Source: Microscillaceae bacterium
Lineage (GTDB): Bacteria; Bacteroidota; Bacteroidia; Cytophagales; Microscillaceae
Length of the DNA stretch: 64,000 bases
NCBI GenBank assembly: GCA_025455045.1
Contig: JALONJ010000001.1
Coordinates: 3,642 to 67,641, forward strand
Direction of reading: 5' to 3'
Every line of letters begins with the position of its first letter. The first letter of the stretch is position 1. The position numbers and the translations under genes were made by a program. Below, piece after piece: positions 1-9,641 of this stretch. Below the pieces are notes generated by a model that saw nothing but the letters and a program-made list of their open reading frames with translations, did not search any database and was not told where the DNA came from.

Positions 1-105
1 AAAATTTTAATTGCCAGTTCAAAATTATACTAGATTAAGGTTTAAAAAAACTTTTTTAAAGTTTTTGATGTCCGAATGAGTTTATATGTAAGATAATTAT
101 TTTTT

Positions 106-134
106 GTTAAGTATCTGATTATCAATGTTTTATG
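106..134. repeat. Family-A palindromic repeat
   Basis: gttaagtatc TGATTATCA atgttttatg. Confidence 0.85.
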
Positions 135-420
135 AAAAATGTATTTTTTTCAATAAGCATTAAATTATTGACAATCAAGATTTTAAAGAATTTTTGGTGA
201 TTTTGTTTGTGAATCAATGGCTTGCCGTAAAAGGTCATTTTTGTCGTGGTGCTTGGCTAACTTATACCCAAATACGTGCCAGCTCCTTGATTTAGTCGGA
301 AAATATTTCGCAAAATTTGTCGCAATTGTTAATTTTCAGCTCGGAGTTTCGGGTTTTCTGGTTCTCGATTCAATAGGCTCAATCAGAAAGAGTTTTTTCC
401 GCAAAAACCACTCTACTAAA

Positions 421-452
421 CCTCGACAAAGTTTTAAACTTTGCCAAAGTTC
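421..452. repeat. Family-D hairpin (degenerate copy)
   Basis: cctcgacaaagttttaaactttgccaaagttc. Confidence 0.6.
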
Positions 453-506
453 AACACTCATCAATTTTGAGCATAGCTGACAATCAGATATTATACAAAA
501 TTATTT

Positions 507-535
507 TATAACTAATTGATTATCAAATAGTTATA
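507..535. repeat. Family-A palindromic repeat
   Basis: tataactaat TGATTATCA aatagttata. Confidence 0.9.
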
Positions 536-703
536 GAAATTAAAATTCCAATACCCTTGCTTGTGTCTTCACGGGCAAGCGCGCGCTCAAAAGCCGGAAA
601 ATCCAAAAGTATTTTACAACTAATTGAATACCAAATAGTTATGAAAAATTTGGATAGCTTCGCACTTTTTTAGGCAATAAAAGCTAATTCAGAAAATAAA
701 AAC

Positions 704-742
704 CATTTACGGACGCAGGTCAGAAGCCTGCGTTACGATGTG
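704..742 (-). repeat. Family-B GC-hairpin repeat (short copy)
   Basis: catttacggACGCAGGtcagaagCCTGCGTtacgatgtg. Confidence 0.7.
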
Positions 743-846
743 AAAAATATAAAAACTGCCATTCAAGTTAATTGAATGACAGTTTTTAAAATTTAGGATT
801 TTGATAAATTAAGTATTAAAGATATAACTCCTTGATTATAAATATT

Positions 847-1203
847 TTATCTCTCACGATAATAACTAAATCCAAACAAAAAAGCAAAAATAAAATGCGC
901 AACTCCGGGCGGATACGTGGTAGCCGGGTCGACCGAAGTAGTAAATTGCGCAATCCCAATCAATAAGTGAAAGATGGTAAAAACCAACAAACCCAAGACT
1001 AGGGTGTCGCGCTCGTGGGCTTTTTCCCAAACTTTGAGGCTATAAAACGCAATCGTAATTGCCCCAAAACCATACATTCGCACCATATACAAGAGTTTGG
1101 CATCGGCTCCGGCAAACAGCCCCACCGACTCGGGCGATAAAATAAATATAAGACCCACCCCTCCCTCAAAAAGCGCGTTGAGTAAAAGTATTGTCTGAAT
1201 CAT
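847..1203 (-). CDS. small integral membrane protein, about 4 TM helices, unknown function
   Basis: 118-aa ORF with ATG start; hydrophobic segments ILLLNALFEGGVGLIFIL, YGFGAITIAFYSL, LVLGLLVFTIFHLLIGI, HFIFAFLFGF; no family recognised by eye. Confidence 0.55.
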   Translation of the reverse strand: MIQTILLLNALFEGGVGLIFILSPESVGLFAGADAKLLYMVRMYGFGAITIAFYSLKVWEKAHERDTLVLGLLVFTIFHLLIGIAQFTTSVDPATTYPPGVAHFIFAFLFGFSYYRER

Positions 1204-1431
1204 TGTGATGATAGTTTATGATTAATACATAATTGCTTGCGAACATCTACCAAGCAGAAAAATTTATTTGATTGGGCTAATGTACTCACTATTTGTAAAT
1301 TATTTTTCAAATCAGCAAAAATTTAAAAAACAACCTACACTTCAGGTGATTGATAGGCTTTCAAAAACTCATTTATTGGCAACAACTCAGCAATGTTTTG
1401 CGCCTAGAGATTTTTTTTCTAGTAAAATAAC

Positions 1432-1460
1432 CGCAAATAATTGATTATCAGTTGTTTACG
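1432..1460. repeat. Family-A palindromic repeat
   Basis: cgcaaataat TGATTATCA gttgtttacg; flanked by ccgcaaat/atttgcgg inverted repeat. Confidence 0.85.
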
Positions 1461-1594
1461 AAACAATCAATTTGCGGTAAGCCTATCAAGAAAAATTTTT
1501 GCGAGATTTTTTTGAGAATTGAAAACCTTTTTCAACCTTTCACGGTTATATGATAGTATTACTATTAAAATCTTGTGGGTTTATTTTCAAAGCA

Positions 1595-1960
1595 ATGTTA
1601 AGATTATTTTTATTACATATTCTCATTCTCAATTTCTTGAACGTGTTGATTGTTTTTCCGATTTCAGGAAAACTAATCGGGCAATTCATTGCAATTGAAC
1701 AGAATATCAATCAAAATAATTTTTGGAAAACTTTGGGCGACATTGCTGAAGATGCTGCCGAAGAAACCACCGAAACCAAATCGCTACAGCCTAGCCGCAA
1801 GCGGATTGCTTTGCGTCAAGTTTTTGGTTCAGGTTTATTAGTCAATGTACTCAAATCCCCTTCCATTGACTTCCAAGCCATTCAAAGGCTGTTTTATATA
1901 AATCAAATCATTCCCAAACCGGAATATATCCTATTCCTCTTCCGCCTTACTCCTTTTTAG
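1595..1960 (+). CDS. hypothetical protein, possible N-terminal membrane anchor
   Basis: ORF 1550-1960; internal ATG at 1595 (MLRLFLLHILILNF...); composition looks coding and it is free of the intergenic repeat motifs; no recognisable domain. Confidence 0.3.
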   Translation: MLRLFLLHILILNFLNVLIVFPISGKLIGQFIAIEQNINQNNFWKTLGDIAEDAAEETTETKSLQPSRKRIALRQVFGSGLLVNVLKSPSIDFQAIQRLFYINQIIPKPEYILFLFRLTPF

Positions 1961-1998
1961 TTCAATTTTGTGGGTATATCAATACGATGGATAGTTTT

Positions 1999-2027
1999 CA
2001 TAAGTATTTGATAATCAATCAATTGAT
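1999..2027. repeat. Family-A palindromic repeat
   Basis: cataagtatt TGATAATCA atcaattgat. Confidence 0.85.
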
Positions 2028-2096
2028 TGTGATATATTGCCTCTAAAGGCAGTAGAGTATGTCATAACATTGTATAGACTATTGAGTGTCCAATAC

Positions 2097-2125
2097 TTTA
2101 AAGAGCTGATAATCAGGTATCAAAA
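2097..2125. repeat. Family-A palindromic repeat
   Basis: tttaaagagc TGATAATCA ggtatcaaaa. Confidence 0.8.
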
Positions 2126-2185
2126 GCCTCAAAATTAGCAAACTCTCCAATGCTTGATACAGCCTAAGCGAGTGAATCAAATATT

Positions 2186-2214
2186 TATAACTACTTGATT
2201 ATCAATTAGTTATA
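2186..2214. repeat. Family-A palindromic repeat
   Basis: tataactact TGATTATCA attagttata. Confidence 0.9.
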
Positions 2215-2329
2215 GTATGTACGTATTCACTCTGAATGATTGCCCTTTGTTACATTTCAATCCATAAATTTTTAAAATCTTATTGTATCATTTCGGAGGC
2301 AAATCCAAGCTTCCGAAATGATAAAATTA

Positions 2330-2358
2330 AGTAAATGCTTGATAATCAGGTATTTAAT
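2330..2358. repeat. Family-A palindromic repeat
   Basis: agtaaatgct TGATAATCA ggtatttaat. Confidence 0.85.
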
Positions 2359-2470
2359 TAAATTTTTTAAAAAAATCTACAAATCTATTTTTTTATTCAG
2401 AAGTAGTAAATCTATTATAATAAGTTAATAAAACTTTTAAACATATTTTTTTTTATAACACCTTATCGCA

Positions 2471-5400
2471 ATGATTGACAAAATCATAAAATTCAGTGTG
2501 CGGAATCCCCTTACCATTGCCATTTTCACTTTTATATTGGCGGCTTGGGGAGGCTATTCCTTGTATAATTTACCCATTGATGCCGTGCCAGATGTTACGA
2601 GCAATCAAGTAGATGTAATTACCTTAAGCCCCAGTTTGGCTTCTCTGGAAATTGAGCAGTTTATTACGGCACCTATCGAGATGTCAATGTCTAATTTGCC
2701 GGGCTTGGTGGAGATGCGCTCTATTTCCAAATTTGGTTTATCGGTCATAAAGTTGGTTTTTCGTGATGATGTAAATATATATTTGGCTCGCCAACAGGTT
2801 TTTGAACGTTTGGAAGCCGTGCAATCCGAAATTCCTGCCGAACTCGGCAAGCCTTATATGGGGCCGGTTTCGACGGGCTTGGGCGAGGTATTTCAATACT
2901 CCATTCGTGCCAAAGATCCCAAAGACAAGTCATTTACTCCTATGGAAATCCGAACTTTGCAAGATTGGGTTATCCGCAAACAACTCTTAGGCATTCCGGG
3001 TATAGCCGAAGTAAGTGGTTTTGGCGGCTACAAAAAAGAATATCAAGCCAAAATCAAATCCGACAGAATGAGAGCTTTGAACATTACGATTGATGATTTG
3101 TTCGAAGCCCTCAGCAAAGGCAACAGCAACACCGGCGGAGCTTATGTTGAAAAGAATAATAAAGCCTTCACTATCCGGGGTTTAGGCTTGGCTACTTCTT
3201 TGGAGGAGGTTGCCAATACCGTAGTCAAAGTGAATGACCGCGTACCGATTTTAGTCAAAGATGTCGCCGATGTCGAATTTGGCAACAGTATTCGCTATGG
3301 TGCAATGACCCAAGATGCTCAGGGTGAGGTAGTTGGGGGTGTCATTATGATGATGAAAGGCGAAAATGGTAGTGCTGTAATCGGGCGAATCAAAGAAAGA
3401 ATGAAAAAAATTGAGGCTTCTTTGCCCGAAGGTTTGGTGATTGAACCTTTTATCGACCGCGAAAAACTGGTTTCTAAGGCGATTTCTACCGTAAGAACTA
3501 ACTTGGTAGAAGGGGCAATTATTGTGGTCTTGGTGATTTTGTTGTTCTTGGGCAATTGGCGAGCCAGTTTGTTGGCGGCTTCGGTGATTCCGCTCTCGAT
3601 GTTGTTTGCTTTTGGTTTGATGCAACAATTTGGCGTAGTGGGTAATTTGATGAGCTTAGGGGCGATTGACTTTGGTTTATTGGTCGACCCTGCCATTATA
3701 GTCGTGGAGTCGGTGGTTTTGTTTTTGGCTTTGGCAATGGGTAAAAAAGCTAAAGGGCAAAAAATGACCTACCAAGAACGCCAAGAAGTAGTGATTTCGG
3801 CAACTGCCGAAGTAAAAAAATCGGTGATTTTTGGGGGATTGATTATTTTGATTGTCTATGTTCCTTTGATGACTTTATCGGGTATTGAAGGCAAAATGTT
3901 TATTCCAATGGCTAAAACCGTGAGTTTTGCCATTATGGGAGCTTTGTTATTAGCCATTACTTATATTCCAATGATGTGTGCTTTGGTCATCAAACCACCC
4001 AAATCAGCCCATCACGGGGGGATTTCGGAAATGATAGTCCAATTTTTATATAGATTATACAAACCCTTATTGGTTTTTGGCTTGCGTTACAAATTTGTGA
4101 TGGTGCTGTTGGCTTTTGGGGTGTTGTTTGCCGGAGGCATTGGTTTTAGTCGCATTGGTGGTGAGTTTATCCCCAAATTAGCCGAAGGCGATTTGGTCTT
4201 GGATATGAGTTTACCAATTGGAACTTCTTTGACCGAATCTATCCAATTGAGTGAAAAAATCCAAAAAGTATTACAAAAAGAATTTCCTGACGAAATTGAG
4301 CGCATTGTTTCCAAAATCGGTACGTCCGAAGTGCCGGTCGATCCGATGCCTTTGGAAGCCCAAGAGATTGTAGTGGTTTTGAAAGATAAAAAATACTGGA
4401 AAAAAGCCCACGACCAAGAAGCCTTAGTAGTGGAATTTGACAAGGTAATGAAGCAGTTTCCGGGTTTGATTTTGTCTATTCAACAACCCATCGAGAATCG
4501 GGTGAATGAAATGATGAGTGGGGCAAGAACCGATGTGGTGGTCAAATTATTTGGACCTAATTTGGATACTTTGGTCAAAAAAGGCAATCAAGTCATCAGC
4601 ATTGTCAAAACCATCCAAGGCGCAACCGATGTGCAAGAAAACAAAATATTTGGCTTACCGCAAATCAATATCAAATACAACCGCGAGCAAATGGCGGTTC
4701 ACGGCATCACAGTCGCGCAAATCAATCGCGCAATCAATGTAGCCTACGCGGGGGCGATTGCCGGAATTGTGTATGAAAACGACAAAAGATTTGATTTGAC
4801 CATTCGCCTCTCCAATGAAGACCGCGAAAAAGCCGAAGATTTGGGTAGTTTGAGTGTAAGTGATAAAGACGGGCTGCCCATTCCTTTGAATCAATTGGCT
4901 ACCATTACCGAAAATATCGGACCTTCGGAAATTGGTCACGAAGATTTGAAACGCCGAGCCAATATCGGCTTCAACGTGCGCGGGCGCGACCTCGAGTCCG
5001 TGGTAAAAGATGCAATGAAAGAAGTAAACCAAAAAGTATTGTTGCCGCCGGGCTATACCATTGAATTTGGTGGCGAGTTTGAAAACTACCGCCGCGCCAG
5101 CGAGCGTTTGGCGATTGTAGTGCCGATAGCTTTGCTCATTATTTTAGGTTTGTTATATGCCACTTTCGGCAATTTGAAAGATAGCTTATTAATCTATACC
5201 GTAGTGCCTTTGTCGGCAGTTGGGGGCGTATTTTCCTTATTGTTCCGAGATATGAATTTTAGTATTTCGGCGGGCGTTGGTTTTATTGCCCTGTTTGGGG
5301 TGGCGGTTTTGAATGGAATTTTGATTATCGGGCAAATTAGCAACTTGGAAAAACAAGGAATTAAAAATTTGAATCGACGAATTTTAATGGGGGTCAAAGA

Positions 5401-6826
5401 TAGATTTCGCCCGATTTTGATGACCTCAGCAGTGGCGGCTTTGGGCTTTTTGCCAATGGCTTTGTCCACGAGTGCGGGGGCAGAAGTGCAAAAACCTTTG
5501 GCGACCGTAGTAATTGGTGGTTTGTTTACTGCAATGGTGCTTACTTTATTGGTTTTGCCGGTCTTGTATGCCATTTTCAATCCTGCTAAACAAAATTCTA
5601 CGGCTGGTAAAGCCCCCCGATTAGCCAAAGCCATAGCGGTAATTGCCTTATTATTAATGACTTATCCATTGATGGCGCAAGAGCGAATTTCGGTCAATGA
5701 AGCCGTGAATCGAGCTTTGACTAAAAACCCCGAGATGAAATTAGCCGACCAAAAAATTCAAAAAGAGGTGGCTTTGCGTCCGGCAATGCTAAATTTGGAT
5801 AATCCCTCTCTGATTTTTGAAGCCCCGACCGGACGCGGACAACGCCCCGGCTTGATGCAAACTTTTCAATATCCGGGAGTTTATTCGGCGCAAATCAATG
5901 CCCAAAAAACTAGGGTCAATATGAGCGAAACCGAAAAGCAAATCAATCGCAATCAATTGGTTTATCGAGTCAAAACGACTTATACCGATTTGCAATTTTT
6001 GTTGGAAAAAGTGAAACTTTTGCGCGGGCAAGATTCGGTTTATTCGGATATTTTGCGGGTCAATGAAGTGCGTTACAAAGTAGGGCAAATCTCGAATTTG
6101 GAAAAAATCAATGGCGAATCACAATACAAAAAAATTCAATACAATCGCGCCCAAGCCGAAGCCGACTTACGCAATGCCAAGTATCAATTGAGTTATTTGT
6201 TGGGCAATCCTTCAGATACGGCTTTTTTGCCGGATGCAAAACTCAATCGACTTGCCCCACCTTTGTCGGTCAATGAAGCGGATACGACTTTATTTGAAAA
6301 TAATCCCTTGACTAATTTTAATCGCCAAACGAGGTTGTATAACCAACAATTGTTAAAAGCCGAAAGAAGAAGGCAGTTGCCGGGCTTGGCTTTAGGCTAT
6401 CTTGACCAAGGCGACACCCGCGAAGGGCAGGTTACGCCGGTGCAATACCGCTTACAATTTGGCATTACTTTACCGATTTGGTATTGGGTAAAAAGAGCCA
6501 ATATCAATGTCGCCAAAAAGAATGTGGAAATGGCGCAAACTCAAGCGCAAATCACCAATTATCAATTGGGTACTGAACTCTCGAAAGCCATTGCCGACTA
6601 CCGCCAAAATAACCAAAATTTGGAATATTTTGAAACGGTGGGCATCAAACAAGCCGAAGAAATTATCCGCGATTCGCGCGAAAATTATCGTTTGGGTACC
6701 ATTGGTTATTATGCTTATTTGCAAAATTTGGAATTGGCTTACCAAATCGAACTCAATTATTTGGAAAGTCTTAAAAAATATAATCAATCAATTATCAATA
6801 TCAATTATTTAAAAGGAACGCTTTAG
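2471..6826 (+). CDS. czcA: CusA/CzcA-family heavy-metal RND efflux permease fused in frame to a TolC/CzcC-like outer membrane factor domain
   Basis: 1451-aa uninterrupted ORF; N-terminal ~1040 aa look like CzcA/CusA (MIDKIIKFSVRNPLT..., RND 12-TM layout); aa ~1067-1451 are TolC-like (NPEMKLADQKIQ..., two repeat halves, C-terminal YLESLKKYNQS); the parts are joined by a signal-peptide-like segment RLAKAIAVIALLLMTYPLMAQ. Confidence 0.9.
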   Translation: MIDKIIKFSVRNPLTIAIFTFILAAWGGYSLYNLPIDAVPDVTSNQVDVITLSPSLASLEIEQFITAPIEMSMSNLPGLVEMRSISKFGLSVIKLVFRDDVNIYLARQQVFERLEAVQSEIPAELGKPYMGPVSTGLGEVFQYSIRAKDPKDKSFTPMEIRTLQDWVIRKQLLGIPGIAEVSGFGGYKKEYQAKIKSDRMRALNITIDDLFEALSKGNSNTGGAYVEKNNKAFTIRGLGLATSLEEVANTVVKVNDRVPILVKDVADVEFGNSIRYGAMTQDAQGEVVGGVIMMMKGENGSAVIGRIKERMKKIEASLPEGLVIEPFIDREKLVSKAISTVRTNLVEGAIIVVLVILLFLGNWRASLLAASVIPLSMLFAFGLMQQFGVVGNLMSLGAIDFGLLVDPAIIVVESVVLFLALAMGKKAKGQKMTYQERQEVVISATAEVKKSVIFGGLIILIVYVPLMTLSGIEGKMFIPMAKTVSFAIMGALLLAITYIPMMCALVIKPPKSAHHGGISEMIVQFLYRLYKPLLVFGLRYKFVMVLLAFGVLFAGGIGFSRIGGEFIPKLAEGDLVLDMSLPIGTSLTESIQLSEKIQKVLQKEFPDEIERIVSKIGTSEVPVDPMPLEAQEIVVVLKDKKYWKKAHDQEALVVEFDKVMKQFPGLILSIQQPIENRVNEMMSGARTDVVVKLFGPNLDTLVKKGNQVISIVKTIQGATDVQENKIFGLPQINIKYNREQMAVHGITVAQINRAINVAYAGAIAGIVYENDKRFDLTIRLSNEDREKAEDLGSLSVSDKDGLPIPLNQLATITENIGPSEIGHEDLKRRANIGFNVRGRDLESVVKDAMKEVNQKVLLPPGYTIEFGGEFENYRRASERLAIVVPIALLIILGLLYATFGNLKDSLLIYTVVPLSAVGGVFSLLFRDMNFSISAGVGFIALFGVAVLNGILIIGQISNLEKQGIKNLNRRILMGVKDRFRPILMTSAVAALGFLPMALSTSAGAEVQKPLATVVIGGLFTAMVLTLLVLPVLYAIFNPAKQNSTAGKAPRLAKAIAVIALLLMTYPLMAQERISVNEAVNRALTKNPEMKLADQKIQKEVALRPAMLNLDNPSLIFEAPTGRGQRPGLMQTFQYPGVYSAQINAQKTRVNMSETEKQINRNQLVYRVKTTYTDLQFLLEKVKLLRGQDSVYSDILRVNEVRYKVGQISNLEKINGESQYKKIQYNRAQAEADLRNAKYQLSYLLGNPSDTAFLPDAKLNRLAPPLSVNEADTTLFENNPLTNFNRQTRLYNQQLLKAERRRQLPGLALGYLDQGDTREGQVTPVQYRLQFGITLPIWYWVKRANINVAKKNVEMAQTQAQITNYQLGTELSKAIADYRQNNQNLEYFETVGIKQAEEIIRDSRENYRLGTIGYYAYLQNLELAYQIELNYLESLKKYNQSIININYLKGTL

Positions 6827-6933
6827 AAGCCCCCCAGCCCCCGAAGGGGGAGTAGGACTTGGTTTTTCTTTCATCTTGGACAGTGGCACAGAGTCCAAGA
6901 TAATTTCTAAAATTAGTAGAGAATCCAAAAAAT

Positions 6934-6962
6934 CATAAATAGTTGATAATCAAGTAATTATA
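6934..6962. repeat. Family-A palindromic repeat
   Basis: cataaatagt TGATAATCA agtaattata; inside the czc operon, 41 nt before the czcB ATG. Confidence 0.9.
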
Positions 6963-6993
6963 ATTAAATTAAATATTTTAAAAATATAAAAAA

Positions 6994-8205
6994 ATGAAAA
7001 CGAGAAAAGGAATTTTGTTTGTACTCGCCGCTATCATTTCCCTTGCGCTGATGGGCGGAATGTATGCCTGCTCAACCGGCAATGCTAAAGAAAAAAACAA
7101 AGAAGTGAAAGCCGAACCCAAAAAATCGGCGGTATTTACGATGACCAAAGACCAGTTGGGGGTAATGAATATTGCCTTTGCCCAACCCGAAAAGAAAGCC
7201 GTTGAATCATTTTTGTATTTGAATGGCAAAGTAAAAGCCTTGCCCAATTTGCAAGCTACCATTAGCAGTGATACCGATGGCAAAATTGAAGAAATATTTG
7301 TCCACGAAGGTAGTGCCGTAGCCAAAGGGCAGGCAATCATTACCCTCCGCAGTATGCACTTGATAGAATTACAAAATGACTATCTGACCGCCAAAAGCGA
7401 AATGGATTTTTTGGCAATTGAATACAAACGCCAACAAGAATTAAGACAAAACAACATTGGCGCATTGGCTGATTATCAGACCGTTAATGCCAAATATGAA
7501 GCCGCCCAAGGGCGCGAAAAAGCCATCCGCGCCAAATTGGAAATTTTAGGCGTGGACTTGAGTAATTTGCAAAATCCGGCTAAAGCCCAAATCACCCGCA
7601 AAATCATCATTCGCTCGCCCGTGAGTGGCTATGTGCATAAATTGCCGGTCAAAGTGGGTATGTTAGCCAGCCCCGAAACTATGTTAGCCGAAGTGGTGAA
7701 TGTTTCGGAATTACGGGCTGATTTGTTTGCCTACGACAAAGATTTGAGCCTGGTCAGCGAAGGACAAACCGTAGAATTGGATTTTGTAAATGAAAAAATC
7801 GCTCATTTGCAAGGCAAGGTAATTCATATCGAGCGAATGATTGATACCGAAACCAAAGCTACCAGTATTCACGTGCAGTTCAATACTTCGGGCAAAGAAA
7901 ACTTGGTTTTCCCCGGAATGAGTGTAAGAGCAATTTTGAAAGATGCTTCGCGCAACGAAATGGCTTATACCGTGCCAGCCGCTGCCCTTTTGCAAGATGA
8001 TGACTTTTTCTACGTGTATGCCACCGAAAACCCCAATAGTGCAAACATTCAATTGAAAAAACACAAAGTAAAAGTTGGCAAACGCAATGAAAAAATTGCC
8101 GAAATTGTGTTTCTTAACCCCGTTTCCGAAAAAAATCTGTTTGTAGCGCAAAACAATGTGATGATTATTGAAGCCGAGCGCAAAAAACAACAAGGGAATT
8201 TGTAG
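6994..8205 (+). CDS. czcB: efflux RND periplasmic adaptor subunit (membrane fusion protein, CzcB/HlyD family), lipoprotein
   Basis: 403 aa; lipobox-like LMGGMYAC; coiled-coil hairpin region (LQNDYLTAKSEMDF...KYEAAQGREKAIRAKLEILG); directly downstream of the RND pump. Confidence 0.85.
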   Translation: MKTRKGILFVLAAIISLALMGGMYACSTGNAKEKNKEVKAEPKKSAVFTMTKDQLGVMNIAFAQPEKKAVESFLYLNGKVKALPNLQATISSDTDGKIEEIFVHEGSAVAKGQAIITLRSMHLIELQNDYLTAKSEMDFLAIEYKRQQELRQNNIGALADYQTVNAKYEAAQGREKAIRAKLEILGVDLSNLQNPAKAQITRKIIIRSPVSGYVHKLPVKVGMLASPETMLAEVVNVSELRADLFAYDKDLSLVSEGQTVELDFVNEKIAHLQGKVIHIERMIDTETKATSIHVQFNTSGKENLVFPGMSVRAILKDASRNEMAYTVPAAALLQDDDFFYVYATENPNSANIQLKKHKVKVGKRNEKIAEIVFLNPVSEKNLFVAQNNVMIIEAERKKQQGNL

Positions 8206-8261
8206 GGTATAAAATTAAGAATTAAGTAATGAATTAATTATAAGATGTGCTGATGTGCTAA

Positions 8262-8290
8262 TGTAATACATTGATTATCAATTAATTCAT
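8262..8290. repeat. Family-A palindromic repeat
   Basis: tgtaatacat TGATTATCA attaattcat. Confidence 0.85.
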
Positions 8291-8357
8291 AAATTCAATT
8301 GTTTACTTTATTTTATTCTTGTTCCTAAGAATTAAGAATGGCTCTTTATTTCTTTTC

Positions 8358-8394
8358 AAAAAACTGTAATGCGGGCTTTAGCCTGCGCGCGTAG
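8358..8394 (+). repeat. Family-B GC-hairpin repeat (truncated copy)
   Basis: aaaaaactgtaatGCGGGCTttAGCCTGCgcgcgtag. Confidence 0.75.
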
Positions 8395-8441
8395 AAGCAA
8401 TAATTTCTGTTAACAATAGTTCGGACAGTTTCTAGTTATTT

Positions 8442-8470
8442 ACTAAGCATCTGATAATCAGTTAGTTACA
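8442..8470. repeat. Family-A palindromic repeat
   Basis: actaagcatc TGATAATCA gttagttaca. Confidence 0.9.
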
Positions 8471-8487
8471 TAAAACATTTAAAATAG

Positions 8488-8516
8488 CATAACTAGCTGA
8501 TAATCAATTACTTATA
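8488..8516. repeat. Family-A palindromic repeat
   Basis: cataactagc TGATAATCA attacttata. Confidence 0.9.
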
Positions 8517-8869
8517 AAAACTGTCCGAAGTATTGGTTAAGGAACGAAGAACTAAATAAAAAATCTCCACATCTCGATTAGGAATCAAAAAAAAATCTGT
8601 AAAGTTTTTGCTTTTCAGTGATTCAGGCTGAAAGAAGGTAGCTTAGCCGTTCTCTACTCAAAGTTAAGATTCCTCAGAGCCTCGCTTGGTAATTTCACCA
8701 AGCGATAGCTTGGCTCATTAATGGTCGGAATGACAAAAAAAATACTTTTCCTGTAATCCAAAATTCTAAAGATATTTTATTAGTCAAGTGAAAAAACCCG
8801 CACAAGGTGTCGAGCAGGCAGGACTTTTAGTTCTCGCTTGCTTTTTTTATGCTCAGCATAGGCTAAAAA

Positions 8870-8898
8870 TATAACTAACTGATTATCAGGCATTTGTA
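8870..8898. repeat. Family-A palindromic repeat
   Basis: tataactaac TGATTATCA ggcatttgta. Confidence 0.9.
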
Positions 8899-9013
8899 TA
8901 ATTTTTAATTCCTAATTCCCAGGGGAAGCTACCCCAACCTATTATTGCTAAACATAGAATGTGTCTCTTACGCATTTCCCAACCTGTCTAAAATAAACAT
9001 CAGTAGATTAGCA

Positions 9014-9042
9014 GCTAAACACTTGATAATCAAGTGTTTAAC
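9014..9042. repeat. Family-A palindromic repeat
   Basis: gctaaacact TGATAATCA agtgtttaac; near-perfect 23-nt palindrome; contains the coaE stop codon. Confidence 0.9.
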
Positions 9043-9641
9043 TCTCCCAAAAATCGTTGATGTAAAGCCAAAACTTGAGGAATTACCAATTGTTGGTCAT
9101 CATTATAGATTGCATAATGGGCGCGAGCAATTTTGTCATCTTCGGGCATTTGTTTTTGAATAATGGCTCCAATTTCTTCGGGTGTACGCTGAGGATCGCG
9201 TTGGCTTATCCGCTTGATTCTGAGGTCGATAGGTGCAAATACCGTAATGATTTTATCCATTGTCAAGTACCTGCCTGACTCAAACATCAAGGCTGCTTCA
9301 TTGAGCAAATAAGGATAGTTTTGGTGGTTTTGCACCCAATTTTGATAATCTTCACCCACGCGCGGATGCACCAAGCTATTCATCAATTTTACTTTGTCGC
9401 TATCATTAAACACTTGCGCTGCCAAATACGGTCTATTCAATTGATTGTCAGGCAAATACGATGCTTCGCCAAACTGGACTTTGATAGCTTCGCGCAAAGC
9501 TAAGTCATTGACCATTAGCCATTTAGCTCGGCTATCAGCCTCATAAATCGGTGCGCCTAACACCGCAAAAATTTTGCAGATGATGCTTTTACCGGAGCCT
9601 ATACCGCCGGTGATGCCAATGAGTAGGGGTTTAGGGGGCAT
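9030..9641 (-). CDS. coaE: dephospho-CoA kinase
   Basis: 203 aa; P-loop IGITGGIGSGKS at the N-terminus; typical CoaE length; conserved position after ybbR/yajC. Confidence 0.9.
   Translation of the reverse strand: MPPKPLLIGITGGIGSGKSIICKIFAVLGAPIYEADSRAKWLMVNDLALREAIKVQFGEASYLPDNQLNRPYLAAQVFNDSDKVKLMNSLVHPRVGEDYQNWVQNHQNYPYLLNEAALMFESGRYLTMDKIITVFAPIDLRIKRISQRDPQRTPEEIGAIIQKQMPEDDKIARAHYAIYNDDQQLVIPQVLALHQRFLGELNT

Larger units (their letters stand above)
8414..8535. mobile_element. Family-C composite element (122 nt): inverted CAATAGTTCGGACAG termini enclosing two Family-A cores
   Basis: caatagttcggacagtttctagttatttactaag...(A core 8452)...aaaacatttaaaatag...(A core 8498)...aaaaactgtccgaagtattg; about 85-90% identical by eye to 47351-47479. 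Confidence 0.7.

Noticed and set aside
217-480. 87-aa ORF in the track
   Set aside because: It runs through repeat modules (degenerate Family-D hairpin at 421-452, degenerate A core at 478) and has no recognisable domain. The region 1-846 looks like repeat mosaic, not coding sequence.
6838-6850. cccccgaaggggg hairpin right after the czcA-fusion stop as a terminator
   Set aside because: It has only a 5-bp stem and no T-run, and it lies inside an apparent operon 140 nt before czcB. It may be another small repeat (compare tcccttcgga in Family F) rather than a terminator.
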